A stretch of DNA of 64,000 nucleotides from the human T2T-CHM13v2.0 reference genome, Homo sapiens: assembly GCF_009914755.1 (NCBI RefSeq), contig NC_060931.1, one strand, 5' to 3'. The position numbers and the translations under genes are program-made. Shown here piece after piece: positions 39,776 to 54,799 of the stretch. The notes beneath the pieces were generated by a model. The model saw only the letters and a list, made by a program, of their open reading frames with translations. It was not told where the DNA came from and did no database searches. Positions within the stretch are counted from its first letter, which is position 1. Each line of letters begins with the position of its first letter.

Positions 39776-41133
39776 GTTGTGATTTTGCTGTTATTTTCAT
39801 TTAAGAGTCCTCTGGTTTGGATGGAAAACTTCATCAAAATTTTTTAGTAATACCTGTCACACCAATATGAGCAACTTATGAAATGCTATAGAGATGGGAT
39901 TTGGCTTTAAATTTAAAATCCTCTCTAAGGCATCACCAATTTAAAAACATATGTTTAATAACATTACATGCTACAAAACTACAAAATATATATCCCCCAA
40001 AGTTAATCTGCAGACAGCCTCATATTACTATGAGAAGGGACCTGGACATCACTGATGGTTTAGATGTAAAAAAGATGGAGTAACCTAGTTCTGGAAAGGG
40101 ACAAGTAGGTGAGACAGATGTTTGGAAGCAAGGGGAGAAAGAAGCAGAAGCCACAGAGACTACACAAATCCCGCTCTGAAATATCCTGCCAAGGGTTCCA
40201 ACATATCACAGTTTTGCCCAGATGTCCTACAGAGGTAATTCAAGTATACTACTTAGAGTATTTCACTTACTCCAGGATAAGCTTTCAAATTTATAGCTAA
40301 ACTGAGCCTTGCTGCAGAATCAACTAGATTACTCTCTCCAAAGGAATTTTTTTCCAACTGGATTCAATTTCTTATTTTAAATGTTTGAACATTCTGAAAA
40401 ACATAGGCCGTGAGGCTTGGCTCTTGTTTTAACATAAAGTTAAAAGAAAAATCACTTCAGTTTGGAACATACACTTTTTAAGTTTGGAAAAAGAGACGTT
40501 GCCATTGTCTAAACACGCTTTGTTTCCGGAACACGCTCAGGACCAAGGTTAAACATTATAACTGACTCTCACAAAAATGCCTCAGACATTCCTGCCATAC
40601 TAGGTTGATCTCTGAGGATCTGATGTCATTGATAAAAGAAAAAAAAAGGCCCACAGAATTGTAGAAGAAAGGAAGGACAACAAGGTGATGGAAAAGTCCA
40701 GGGGAGGTGGAGTTCAGAGTAGCAGGTTTGGTTTGATACTAGGAGAGCTGAAAAGGAGCCTGACAGTTCCTGTAGATCAGTAGCTCATGTTGTTCAATGA
40801 CTGATGTGATGTTGTTGGGATTTATGGATTAAGGGCTGGGAACTACAGATGGAAACAACTTTGCTGCATTTTTAACTCCCAGATATAAGGTCCTGCTCCC
40901 AGCCTCATTGGGCAGATTATGTTACTTCCAACACAACTACTTTTGATTCCTTGAAAAAATGTTTTGGTTTATTTTTAAATGAAATTATTTTATATTTTAG
41001 AAATAATATAAGCACATTGCCAAAAAAATAGCAATAATAGCAAAGGAAAGCAATTACACATTTATCACTTAACATAACTACTTTTAATGTTCTGGAGTAT
41101 TTCTTGCTCGTTTCTCATTCCTATCCCCATTAA

Positions 41134-41602
<469 letters not shown>

Positions 41603-41856
41603 TTTCATCTTGCTTTTTTGTTTTTCCTAGTGCATTCTTATACTACTTCACAGTCTTCATATTTACAATCTTTAATTATTATAAAATGTTTTATTTAGTA
41701 GATGTAGTTTAGTTTATCATTTACATATTTCTGGTCATTTCCGTTGTTTTCAAGTTTTTACTATTTAAATAACATTTTGATGACTGTTCATAAATACAGT
41801 CTTTTCCAAGTTTTGGACTGTTACCCTTAGGATAGATTTCAGAAAGTGGATTTGTA

Positions 41857-42258
41857 TGCTATGGTTTGAATGTTTGTTCCCTCCAAAACACATATTGAAA
41901 CTTAACCCAAGATGTGGCAGTATTGAGAGGTGGGGCCCTTAAGAGGTAATCGGGTCATGAAGGCTCTGCTCTCATCAGTGGATTAACCTGTTATCATGAG
42001 AGTGGGACTGGTGGCTTTATAAGAAGAAGAAAGGTCTGAACTAGCCTGTTAACATGCTCATCTCCCTTGCCATGCGATTCCCTGCGTTGCCTTGGAATTC
42101 TGCAGAGAGTCCTTGCCAGCAAGAAGGTTCTCCACCAAATGCTCCACCTTGACCTTGGACTTCCCAGCCTCCAGAAATGTAATATTACTAAATTTTGTTC
42201 TTATAAATTACCCAGTTTCAAGTATTCTGTTATACACAACAGAAAACGGACTAAGACA
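41857..42258 (+). mobile_element. MaLR LTR (MSTB/MSTD-like)
   Basis: TGCTATGGTTTGAATGTTTG...AAACGGACTAAGACA. Confidence 0.8.
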
Positions 42259-43134
42259 GGGTATGACCACTTTTGTGGCTCTTGTTTACGAATTTTCACA
42301 TTGCTTCACAAAAGGATTATACCCATCTATAATGCTATCTACAATATAAGGACCAGTTTCACTGACCCCCTGCCAACCACTGGGCATTACCATAAAAAAA
42401 TGTGCAATTTGGTAGGTAATAAATGATACCTCAAATAATAATGTTTTAACTTGGATTTCTTTCTTATGTTGGATCTTTTCCCACATTGTTTACTAGCAGT
42501 ATTTTCTCTGATTTGAATTCCCCAGCTCTGGCACTATTTAATTGTGACCATAGGCAAGTTGCTTAAATTCTCCGAGCCTCAGTTTCCCCATTTGTAGAAT
42601 GGTTACCCGAGATTGCCACAGAACTAAAGGAGAACATGTATGTGACCAGTGACTAGCATAAAGTAAGCACTCAATAAATGGTAGCTATAATTATGATTAT
42701 TCATCTCCTTTGCCATTAATATATGTGATTTTTTTTTAGTAGGACCTCTTTATACAAAAGAGAACTTGACTGTTGGCTTTCAGTTTGCTGAATTATACTT
42801 TTGTTTCTTCTCCCCTTTGCCCCCTCCCCACCAATTCCTGTTTTGATTGTGTGAGAAGTCAGGTAATTTTACTAGCACTTCTGGTGACGATCCCAAGAAA
42901 AAACCCGCCTTGAAGATGGACAGCAAGAAAGGGGCTGAATAGTCCACAAAATGAACTTTTAGGTTAATAACAGTTGGTTTCATGAGATATTAACTAATGA
43001 AAATCTAATGCAGTAAGAAATAATGTGCTTTAAAGGTCAGGCCAAAAAGAGAGTCCAAGTTTTTGCCCTAGCTTTTTTTAAACCCCTGAACTGTGGGAGG
43101 GCTTTTAAATATAATAAACATATTTTGAATATAA

Positions 43135-43400
43135 GCTGAGCGTGGTGGCTCATGCCTATAATCCTAGCATTTTGGGAGGCTGAGGCAGGTGGATCACTTG
43201 AGCCCAGGAGTTTGAAATCAGCCTGGGCAACATGGTGAAACCCCATATCTACAAAAAATACAAAAATTAGCTGGGTATGCTAGTAGTCCAGCTACTCAGG
43301 AGGCTGAGGTGGGAGGATCACTTGAGCCTGGGAGGTTGAGGCTGCAGTGAGCTGTGACTGCACCACTATACTACAGCCTGGGAGACAGAGTGAGACCCTG

Positions 43401-43404
<4 letters not shown>
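43135..43404 (+). mobile_element. AluJ whose tail is replaced by (AT)n
   Basis: The Alu body ends GAGACCCTGTCTC and runs directly into an AT repeat. Confidence 0.88.

Positions 43405-43466
<62 letters not shown>
43405..43466. repeat. (AT)31 microsatellite, followed by AT-rich degenerate repeat to about 43555
   Basis: Counted directly. Confidence 0.97.
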
Positions 43467-43474
<8 letters not shown>

Positions 43475-43677
43475 ATATATCTCTAATATATTAATATATA
43501 TCTAATAAATGTATCTTATATATAATAAATATATCTAATATATAATATATATATTTCCAAGAGAGGGAGAGGCTCTTAGGAAATTATCTTCTTGCATATT
43601 ATGTTATATTATGCTATATTTGGCTATTTCCTAAGAGCTCTATCGTATTATTTTCATTTATTTGTGAGAATGTAGCT

Positions 43678-44173
43678 GTGGTAGATTAAAAATGGCCACA
43701 AATGCTTTGCAGCTACTGTCAGCAAGAAGTAGAGTCTGTTTCCTCACCTCTTGAATCTAAACTAACCTTGTGACTTGCTTTGACCAAAGGAATGGAGCAG
43801 AAGTCATATTCTTCTGAGCCAGGCCTCAAGATGCCTTGCAGCTTCTACCTTTAGCCCTTAGCCTCTTGGAATGTGTTACTGCCCTTGAAGCAGCTCAGCT
43901 AGCTTGCTGGAGGATGAGACCGCATGAAGCAGGAGGAAGCTGTCCCAGCTGGGTCCCCTAGGCCAACCAGCTCTAAGGGGAGTCAAGAGATGACTGCAAA
44001 GAGATGACTGCAGCTCCTTGGGCAACCCTGGGGCCAACCACTGTCAGAAGAACCACACAGCCAAAACCAGCCCAAATTCCTGGCCCACAGGTTTGTGAGA
44101 AAATAAAATGGTAGTTGTCTTAAGCCACTGAGTTTGAGAGTGACTGGTTACACAGCAAAAGATCAGCCAATAC
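43678..44173 (+). mobile_element. MaLR LTR (MLT1G/H-like)
   Basis: TGTGGTAGATTAAAAATGGCCACAAA...AATAAAATGGTAGTTGTCTTAAGCCACTGAGTTT. Confidence 0.7.
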
Positions 44174-44232
44174 TATGTGCCAGGAATCTCATCCTTTGTA
44201 ATATATGGTAAAATATGACCCATTGATCATTT

Positions 44233-45062
<830 letters not shown>

Positions 45063-45589
45063 TTATGACCATTTCGAAACCTCTAATTGATTTTCCTTAT
45101 GGTCATTTTAAAACCTCTAAGCTGAAAGAATTTCCAAACATGTTAGCCAGCTGCACTAAGAAAATAAAGGTTGAAAAGGGTAGGATTGTCATGGGGAATC
45201 CCAGAATTAGCAAATCTCTTACTCCTCTCCCTTTACATTATAAGTCTGTAGAATTGGGATGAAGTTACCTCACTAAATCCTATTTGCTCAATACTTCATG
45301 CCTTTCCACTCCTAATTTCCCCATCTGTAAAATGAGGGTAATTTAAAACAGACAAAAAATAGTGTTTACTCTCATCTCCCAGTGTTTCAGTGGTCTAGAG
45401 ACATTTCTCCAAATAATGAACTTTTTGGGTAAAATGTTTTACCATATTAGTATAAGAGAAATTCTGTGCATGCCCTGGGGATTTCGCCCAGCTCACAAGT
45501 TTGTGTAGCTTTAGCTGAGCCTGGGGCCTTAGGGGAGAGCAGCCAGGCTTTGTGACCTGGCTCAATCACCTTCTCAGATGTACTTCACC

Positions 45590-46059
45590 TGCAGGACAGT
45601 TCAAGTAGCCTTGGGCACACCCAGTTCTCTCCCTTTTGTAGATTGTCATTCTCAAGAATAACTATAGAATGTGCTGGGGATGTAACATCCTGAGACTGAG
45701 GATAGGGGGTACTGACTGGAACAGCCAGGCTCTGTTCCAGTTCCCCCTAGAAACAGGACATCTTTCCGTGCTTCAGCCCAGTGGGTCAAGTGAACCCAAG
45801 GTTATAAAACCCAAGATGGTCCACCTTCCAGATACCCTCAGCTGCGGTGCAAGTGGAACATTTACAGTTGAGATTTCATCCACCTTGAGCAGCTTTCCTG
45901 AGCCTTGGGAAACAGGCCCTCCAGGAATCCTCGGCTTCTGTTGTCACTTGCTGCCTATCTGTAAGTAATCTGCTTCATGAAGCTTTTTGCATATGAATGT
46001 GTCCTGTCTCACCAGACTCAGACAAGTTGGTAATCAGTGCACAGTGGACCTGCTTCACA
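45590..46059 (+). mobile_element. ERVL-class solo LTR (LTR47-like)
   Basis: TGCAGGACAGTTC...CTGCTTCACA; 5-bp TSD TCACC at 45585-45589 and 46060-46064; TATAAAA near 45804. Confidence 0.75.
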
Positions 46060-47949
46060 TCACCTACACTTGTAGGACAGAAATGCAGTTCTAAAGCACT
46101 GGCCTGCTTTCGCTTACCTTATCCCTCTCAGAGGTGCATTGCAGAGACATTTTGTCATTGTTCAGGGCTTTGCTTTAATTTTTCTCATTTCCCACCCCCT
46201 TTTCTTTCTAATCATTACTAACTCCCACTTCACGTCGGTCATGAGGGTCAAAAGTGACAGTGTTAACCACAGGGCCTAGTGCACTGCTGAGTGCTTTGAA
46301 CTGGCCCCAGAGCAACCAGCTTTTCCTCTGATTTGTAGCTATATTTGTTTTCCTTGGCATTTTAGTGTCGAGTAGGATGAGGTCACAGTACTACTAACTG
46401 ACCTTCGAGGTGAGGTGGTTGCAAGGAAAAGCCGGCCTTTCTGGGGATAGATAAGGTGACCATTCAAAATTCACCTGTGGACTTTTGGGAAACCTGGCAC
46501 AGAATGATGAGCCAGACACCAATGTATTTTACGGCTCATCAAAATCAACATAAGTGGAATATGTTAGGTTGGACCACAGCCTTATGAATTCAGGGTGAGT
46601 TGAGGAGTATTCAGATTGGTCCAGATGATGGTCCCCACATCTTCTCAATCAGGATACTCATCTGACCCACAGTCTGACCAGAACAATTCAGATGGTAAAG
46701 CTAAATCTTTCTACTCCTTTGTATCAGCGTTCTAAAATAATTGACTCTTCCTTCTTCCTCTTTCTCCCTCTAAACCTTTGATACAGAGTGATGCATTTCT
46801 TGCATATTTGTTTAACATCCCCCTTAGCTTCTGGGCTGCAAGACAATAGCCATGCACAGTTTACAGAAGGAATTCCCTCAGCCTTCATAACAAAAAACAA
46901 AAAACCAAAGCAAACAAACAAACAAACAAAATCCTCTGCCCTATTTTCTGTTTGCACTGGAGCCTTTTCTTTTCTCATTCTCCTACTTTCTGCTTTAGAG
47001 CCACTAAGAAACCCAGTCTCCATCTGTGCCTGCTTTATAGCCAGGGCAGTTCTCACTTCTCACTAAGCCATGTGTTGCCCATATGTCTGTGTGCTATGAA
47101 CGCAAGAATCTCTGTGAACTATCACTGTTTAAGTTGCAGAGAGTCAGTTGGTCAGCGCTTCTAGTGTTCTGGGTCCCTTGACCCAGCTCACTAATAGAAC
47201 CAGATGATGCTGACCAGAAAGACATCTGGTTCCCCTAGTTCTAAACAAGTATATTATTAAACAAAAATAATTTTGCTGTGAACTTTTTGGCTTAGTTTTG
47301 TCACGGTTTACCACATCTTTTTCCCTGCTGCCTCCTCCTTTTTATTGCAGCACAATTAGCTAACCATACAAACCAAACAACATAGAAGCTGAACTTCTAG
47401 ATTAAATAAAGCGTAGGGCATCTTGAGAGTTGGTGTGATGCTGTAGTAAACAAAAGCCTTCAGTGTGTACAATAGAAGAGAACACGATTGTTAATAACCT
47501 TGTAATTTCTGAGGATTTTCAAAAAAATTTCTTAGTTTTCTTCCTTCTTCATATTTTGCTAACTCCAAGTTTTTCCTGTTAATTTGTGTTGATCAATATC
47601 TTCCACTTTAGAGACTTTCCTCTTATGTCTGGTAATCCTTTTGTTCACGATTAAGAGTGGAGGACTAAAAACTAATCGGAAGGTCAGAGTACACGCATCT
47701 CTATTGTAAGCTTCAATGAAGGATGATCTACGTGTGTTATTTGTTGGGAACCACCCCTGTCAGTCATTTTAGGTCTTTCATCTTGGGCTAGTCAGGGTTC
47801 CCAGAGAAGAGGCTACCAATCTCCCACCTGGAGAAGAAGATCTGGCAGCCAAGTTCTTGATGCTCAGTTGGAAAAAGTGCTTGAATATCTCTGCACTCAG
47901 CATTGAGTCACTTAGTTAGCCTAGCAACCCTCTGTTTTAGTATCTCTAG

Positions 47950-48089
47950 AGTAGTGGGTAATTCAAGAACAATTTTGGCCCTCACCTCCACCAGAGAACA
48001 TGTGGTAAGGTCTGGAGGGATGGGATCTTACGTGCTACTGACATATAGTGAGTAGAGGGCAGGCATGCTGTTAAACATCTACAGTGCCC

Positions 48090-48134
<45 letters not shown>

Positions 48135-48190
48135 CACTACAGAGAGTTATCTTGTCCAAAATATGAATAGTGTCAGGGATGAAGAACCAG
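47950..48190. mobile_element. MER20-like hAT element containing (AC)20 at 48093-48132
   Basis: GCTACTGACATATAGTGAGTAGAGGGCAGGCATGCTGTTAAACATC..GTCCAAAATATGAATAGTG motifs. Confidence 0.65.
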
Positions 48191-49539
48191 AATTTAGGAA
48201 ATAAATCTCCAGGCTTCTGTTTGGGGTGGGGAGAGACAGTTGCCCAGATTTATGGAGTAGGGGCTGGAATCTAGAGATCTATCTACTTCTTAAGAATCTC
48301 TAACTCAGTCTCCCTTATTTTCATCCCCACTCTTAACCCAGTTCCAAAGGTACACGGTGCTCCCAAGCTTGAAGATTGTGGTGTAAATCAGATTTTTTTT
48401 TCCAGCTTTCTCTACTGTTGGCTTAGGATTCAAAGCAGTCTCTGGTCTGCTAAATTAGTCCATCTATTTTCAAGCTTCCAAATTTTTGTTGCTCTTATCT
48501 CCTCTCCTGTTTTCCTTATCCATATGGGCCCTCACTCTTCATCTCTAGTTCTGGTAGCGTTTCAAGAGGAACAAAATTATATGTGTATATTCAGTCTACT
48601 ATTATTAATCCAGAACCTGAGATCTCTAGTTCTTTACATGGAGATATGTCCATAGTATATTAAAAAGTAGGTTACAATGTATTTTGGAAAGTATGATTCT
48701 ATTATTTTAAAAAACAAGGCAAAACACAAACTTTCTGTAACTATTTCTAATCTTTTTGTGCATAGAAAAAAATCTAGAAGAATAAAATACCAGCGATGGT
48801 TATGTCCAGGTGGTGACAGGACAATGGATATTTACTTTCTCCCTTAAGCTTTTATATGTAGTCCAAATTTTTCATAATGAGTACTTACTTCATTTATATA
48901 CAGAGGTCCCAGAAAAATTATAAAACACTTGAAAATAACACAAAAGATGATGGTATGTCCTTGGAGTGTCAAACTGGAACACTGTTTAACAGGCCTACCT
49001 GGAGAATTCTATAGGAAATCATGCCTTTGTTTGACATACCATTTACTGTCCACTAAGGCCCTAGCTCAATGAAGTTATATGTTGTTATATTTTTGTCCAG
49101 GAAAGATGCAAATTATTTGTATCTGGTATAAACTGTAACCCCAAGGTTATGGATTTAATAACTTGTAAAACACTTTTAGATCTAACCTAACACTCTTAAT
49201 GCAACATTCTTTCATCAGTTCCTACAAATACTAAGTTCATTCAAATGCTCTACGCACTGGCTTTGTCATTTTGTTGGTTCTCTCATTAGTGAATTAAAGA
49301 AATCTTTGACACATGTTTATATTTGTATGAGAATTATGTTTTTAACTTTTGGAAAATTCTACTTTGACACCAGTGGAATCATAAGCTATTTCCAATTTGA
49401 GGATAGAAGAAAAAAATCCAATGAATACCTCAACCATGGCAAAGAGAACATATTCTGAGTCCAGCCCTGATCGCTGTCCTGCCTTGTCCCTTGGCAGTGC
49501 TTAAATTGGATGTGTTTGAGCCCTGACTCCTGCACATAC

Positions 49540-49674
49540 CTTTGGACAGCCAGCAATGCTGAGAGATGTGAGGTTAATGCAGTAAATGGCCAGTGCTTTG
49601 ATAATCATATCTGACAGCTGGGAGCAATAAGAGACATCCAAATGTTCCAAGATCAGTGAGCTTTTGCAGAATGC
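49540..49674 (-). CDS. FBXL13: FBXL13 coding exon (135 nt, phase 0-0), leucine-rich repeats
   Basis: Acceptor TTTTTTTGCAG (AG 49676-49675), donor GTATGT from 49539. Reads AFCKSSLILEHLDVSYCSQLSDMIIKALAIYCINLTSLSIAGCPK and joins in frame to ITDSAM. Confidence 0.94.
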
Positions 49675-50135
49675 CTGCAAAAAATTCCAAGGTCAAATTT
49701 TTTCTTTTCTTTAGTCATCTAGAACTGTCTTACTTATAGTAGCTTATTAAATGTACATTTCAGTCCCTGAAATACAGATGTTAGATCTTGATGCCCCCAA
49801 AAAATAATTTAAAAAACCCATGTTACATCCAACATCTGTTTATAGCAAAAGATATTCACAAAGCAGCTTAACAGCTTAGTGATATTCAAATGCCTGCTAA
49901 CAAAATTTGGTTTTCTTGAAGTTAGGTCTAATGAAGTTTGACTCATATGGTCAGTAATGAGTAGAAGAAAAGAAATCTGAGGGTAAGATTATATGGCAGA
50001 CACTCCAAGATTGACAGTGGAATGTAATGGAAAGAACAGATTCTTTGGAATCAGACAGACCCGAGTTTTGCTTTCGTTTCCACCATTTATTACCTCTTAA
50101 ATCTTAGCAAGTTACTATCTTTCTGAGCCTGTTTC

Positions 50136-50422
50136 CTTTTTTTTTTTTTTTTTGAGAGTCTTCCTCTGTTGCCCAGGCTTGGAGTGCAATGGTGCAATCT
50201 GAGCTCACTGCAACCTCTGTCTGCCAGGTTCAAGTGATCTTGTGCCTCTTGTGCCTATTGGGACTACAGGCGTGCACCACCACGCCCGGCTAATTCTTTT
50301 TTTTTTTTTTTAGTAGAGATGGGGTTTCTCTAGGTTGCCCAGGCTGGTCTTGAACTCCTGACCTCAAGTGATCCACCCTCCCAAAGTGCTGGGATTATAG
50401 GCATGAGCCACTGTGCCCAGCT
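50136..50422 (-). mobile_element. Alu (S/J) with small deletions, within a MIR-like remnant
   Basis: Antisense dimer; TSD-like TCCT(C)TTTTT. Confidence 0.85.
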
Positions 50423-50735
50423 CCTCTTTTTTAACTTAGGGAAAATAACATCTACTCTCTAGCATTGTTTTGAAATGCTGAAATGTTCACCTGAAATATC
50501 TAGGACTAGAAAAAGGCCTGGAAATCATTCCCTTTATATCAATACTTCTTAATTTTCATTCCTACTTTTCAGTTAAAAAATAACTCAGTGATAAGAATCC
50601 ATGAGGAAATAACACTTAAAAGTTTACAACTCAGCAGTTATACAAGAACAAAACAATCCACAAAAGTAAACCTAACCGTAATTGTAAAAATATATTTAAA
50701 AAGCAATAGGAGTAGAAATTGGAAACCATGATGAA

Positions 50736-50799
50736 GGAAGGAAGGAAGGAAGGAAGGAAGGAAGGAAGGAAGGAAGGAAGGAAGGAAGGAAGGAAGGAA

Positions 50800-50839
<40 letters not shown>

Positions 50840-50870
50840 AAAGAGAAGACAAGAGAAGAGAAAAGAAAAA
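50736..50870 (+). repeat. (GGAA)16 + (GAAA)10 polypurine microsatellite
   Basis: GGAA 50736-50799, GAAA 50802-50841, then an A/G-rich tail. Confidence 0.97.
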
Positions 50871-51307
50871 GGAGGAAATTTCCTCCCCCAAAATGTGAGA
50901 ATTATTATAATTATCTACATGTGCTCAATCATTCTAAGAATTCTGCCTCATTATGAAGCAGCTCCTCTTAGAATACAAAGTTAGAGACCTCAGTAAATGG
51001 TAGTTTACCATTAATTTTAGTTGTAAGTACTAGATTTTAGTAACCCTAATGGGTTACTAAAGATACTTCTTATTTATATATAAATTATATATATATATAT
51101 TATATGCGATTATATATATATTATATATATGTGTGATTATATATATTATATATATGTGATTATATATATATATATATGTGATGTGGCTCTTAGCACAAAA
51201 TAGATTCTCTAGCTATCTCTAAGATTTTATATACTGTGTTAGTTGAGAGGCAGTATGCACACTGGCTAGTGCTTGGCACATAGTAAGCACCCCATAAAAG
51301 TTAACTA

Positions 51308-51410
51308 GTGCTTACTTCAGCAGCACAGATACTAAAATTGGAAAAATACAGGGATTAGCCTGGCCCCTGAACAAGGATGACACAGATTTGTGAAACATTC
51401 AATTGTTTTT
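51308..51410 (+). pseudogene. Full-length diverged U6 snRNA retrocopy, 5' part of a U6/L1 chimera
   Basis: GTGCTTACTTCAGCAGCACAGATACTAAAATTGGAA..ATTAGCCTGGCCCCTG..AAGGATGACAC..TGTGAA..TTTTT. Confidence 0.9.
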
Positions 51411-51580
51411 TCAGTTAGGAGGAGAAAGTTCAAGAGATCTATTGTATATGATGACTATAGTTAGTAACGATGTATTGTATACTTGAAATTTGCTAATGGA
51501 TTTTAAATGTTCTCACCATAAAAAGTATCATAAGTATGTAAGGTGATGAATGTTAATTAGCTTGATTTAACCATTCCACA

Positions 51581-51624
<44 letters not shown>

Positions 51625-51699
51625 CAAAACAGCATGTTGTACTTCATAAATATATACAATTTTTATTTGTCAGTTAAAAATTTTAAGCCATTAAAAAGA
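51411..51699 (+). mobile_element. L1MA (MA8/9-like) 3' end fused to U6; contains (TG)20 at 51582-51621
   Basis: AAGTTCAAGAGATCTATTGTA..GTTAATTAGCTTGATTTAACCATTCCACAATG..TTTATTTGTCAGTTAAAAA. Shares one TSD with the U6 copy. Confidence 0.82.
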
Positions 51700-52269
51700 A
51701 TAAATGTTAACTACTATCAGGATTTGCACATGACACCAATAATAATAAAGATGCACAAATGTATTGTACTTTGAGAAAAACTGAAAGATATTGGTTATTT
51801 AACCCTAAGTCATCATCTTTTCCTGACCACAACAGCCAACAGTGATTCATTCTTTGATCTCATGCAGAACTTGTCTTTTTCAACTGATTCAGCACTTAGG
51901 GTATTTGACTCATTCCTGTACTGCATGAAAGTCTGTCTTGTCTGGCAACTACGTGATGGCAAAAATTAGAAGGGGCAGCTTGTCAGGAGATAGCTTGGGA
52001 CCTGTCACTGGAGAGATAAAAGCATAGTGGGGCACACCCAAGGAGGTACAGAAAGGAATCTACCTTTGAATTATTGGAATCAGTGGCCTGGAATCTCAGT
52101 TTGGAGATTCAATAAAAATGCAATAAGCCCCTTGTACTGCCTGGAAATCTGCTAGCTTTCATATCCCTTTCCCAAACATCATATTAGAACACAGTAAGTG
52201 CTCAGTACATACTAGTTGGTTCACTGATCCTTTATGTCTTCAAGAAAATTAAGAAGTCTCTTTTAATAA

Positions 52270-52601
<332 letters not shown>

Positions 52602-54254
52602 CCGACATTGTTTTTCCCTTGTTAGAGACATTAACATTGTTAGAGAGAATGGACAGAGTTAGAGGAACCAGAGAAAAATTAAAGCAAGAAAGAATATTTA
52701 AACTATAAGAATAATTTATTGAAGGATGAAACAAGCTTTAGAGGGAGATTCAAGGCTCTTCGTGTCTGAAAACCCTCTTCAGTAGCATCTGCCAATGTCT
52801 TGGACTGCTCGAATCAAATCTGCCTTATGCCTTTTTAAAAGCTCTAATATTCTTTAAAGACAAATGTTCTCAGAGGTTTTAAATTTAAAACTAACTTAAA
52901 AATGATTACAAGGTCTATGATACATTCATGGTACCATTCTCATCCATGGAAAATCTGAGGCACAAAAATTGGTCTAAGGCTTTATGCTAAATCAGTGGCA
53001 GATTGGCGAACTAAAGTCAGAACTTTTCCTCTCTTAGAATTCGTGTTTTCCTTTAAACACATATAAGTCATATTAAGTACTTAAATCTGCAAGCATGTTT
53101 CAACATAATCACTCATGAAATTCCATTTCCCCCCTACAGATAAGATTACAATATACACTTCTGGCTCCAATGCTGCAGAATCATACTTCTATCGATGCTG
53201 CTGATTTTCTTTCCTTGGAAAATGCAACACTAAATTTCTTCCAAGTCAAAATCTTTTACAGTAAAGACAGAGATAAAAATGCAAACATTATCAAGTTTGG
53301 CTCCTTTCCCATGTATCAGCCAATTTTGCTGTGTGTTGGCAATCTGGAAGAAAACTTCCATATCTCTTAGCGAGTTAGATCATTCCTTCTTGTGTCTTCT
53401 GAGCTGAGTCACAGTGTAGGCGCTTAATGACTACATTCCTAAATAGGGTACGTAGAGGAGACTGAATTTCACTCACATTTATTGACTGTCACAATAATGT
53501 GCTTCTGCCAAAATCCTGAATTAAACCACTTTGACAGGTGGCAGCTTCTAGCCTTAGAAAAGCTCACTTCGTGTTGCATACTCATAACACCATCTCTTGA
53601 CTATTTGCCTCATTAGGTCCCAATTAATTCTACTGCAAAGTTGGGGAGTTTTTCCCTGTTGGTAATTCTGGAAAATATGTGCTGTCAAGAACCATTTTCT
53701 ATAATGAAGACATTTTTGGCTGCCCCAAAGGCTAAAATGCAACTTCCACAATTTTAAGATATCAACTAAATACAAAAACTTCAGTTTCTTGGGCATATCC
53801 CAAGATATCTACTTCGCATATCCCATCAGATGGAGAGCTACACTCCACCAACAATGGCCTTGTTCCCACTGGGCATCAGAGCAAGTGGGACTGGTCATGG
53901 CCTGGCACCACAACTAAACTCTGCAGAGCCTGAAGGTGCCCCTCCTGGAGATGCCACTCTTGCATTCCCACCTTCCCTGCCAGGGAAACCAGGCTGAGCA
54001 AGGCTTAGCAAAGGCCCAGCCTCAGAGAAGCTCCCTGTTTTAAAACATGGAGAGAACTCTGAAAGGGAAAGGGGGATAAGGCCAAGGACCAAAACAAATA
54101 TTTCCAAAGACACTTTCATGATGAAATTTGTTATAAAATTAGATGGTGATGTGAGGGATAAACTTTGGCTTCAAACCAGCTCAAATGTGGTTTATTCTAC
54201 AGTCTTCCCCAATTCTTCTCTGTGGAAGAGATGCGCTTTCAAATTCTTATAAGC

Positions 54255-54608
<354 letters not shown>

Positions 54609-54799
54609 TGAGGGTAGAATCCATGTCTAATTTATCTTTGCCAACATCTGGCATACAGAATTAGTTCAAGATGAGAGAGTATCCAAAATGAATGAAGAAT
54701 GCTTCTCAGCACAGGAGTGAGGAGAATGAGCTTCCATATATGGCCCTCAGAATACTAAGCCCAGTCCTTCTTCTCACTCGGTTCAGTAACTGCCAGAGG

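Noticed and set aside
46724-47164. Overlapping 70-110 aa ORFs as an extra exon or gene
   Set aside because: Low-complexity content, no recognisable domain and no convincing splice-site pair.
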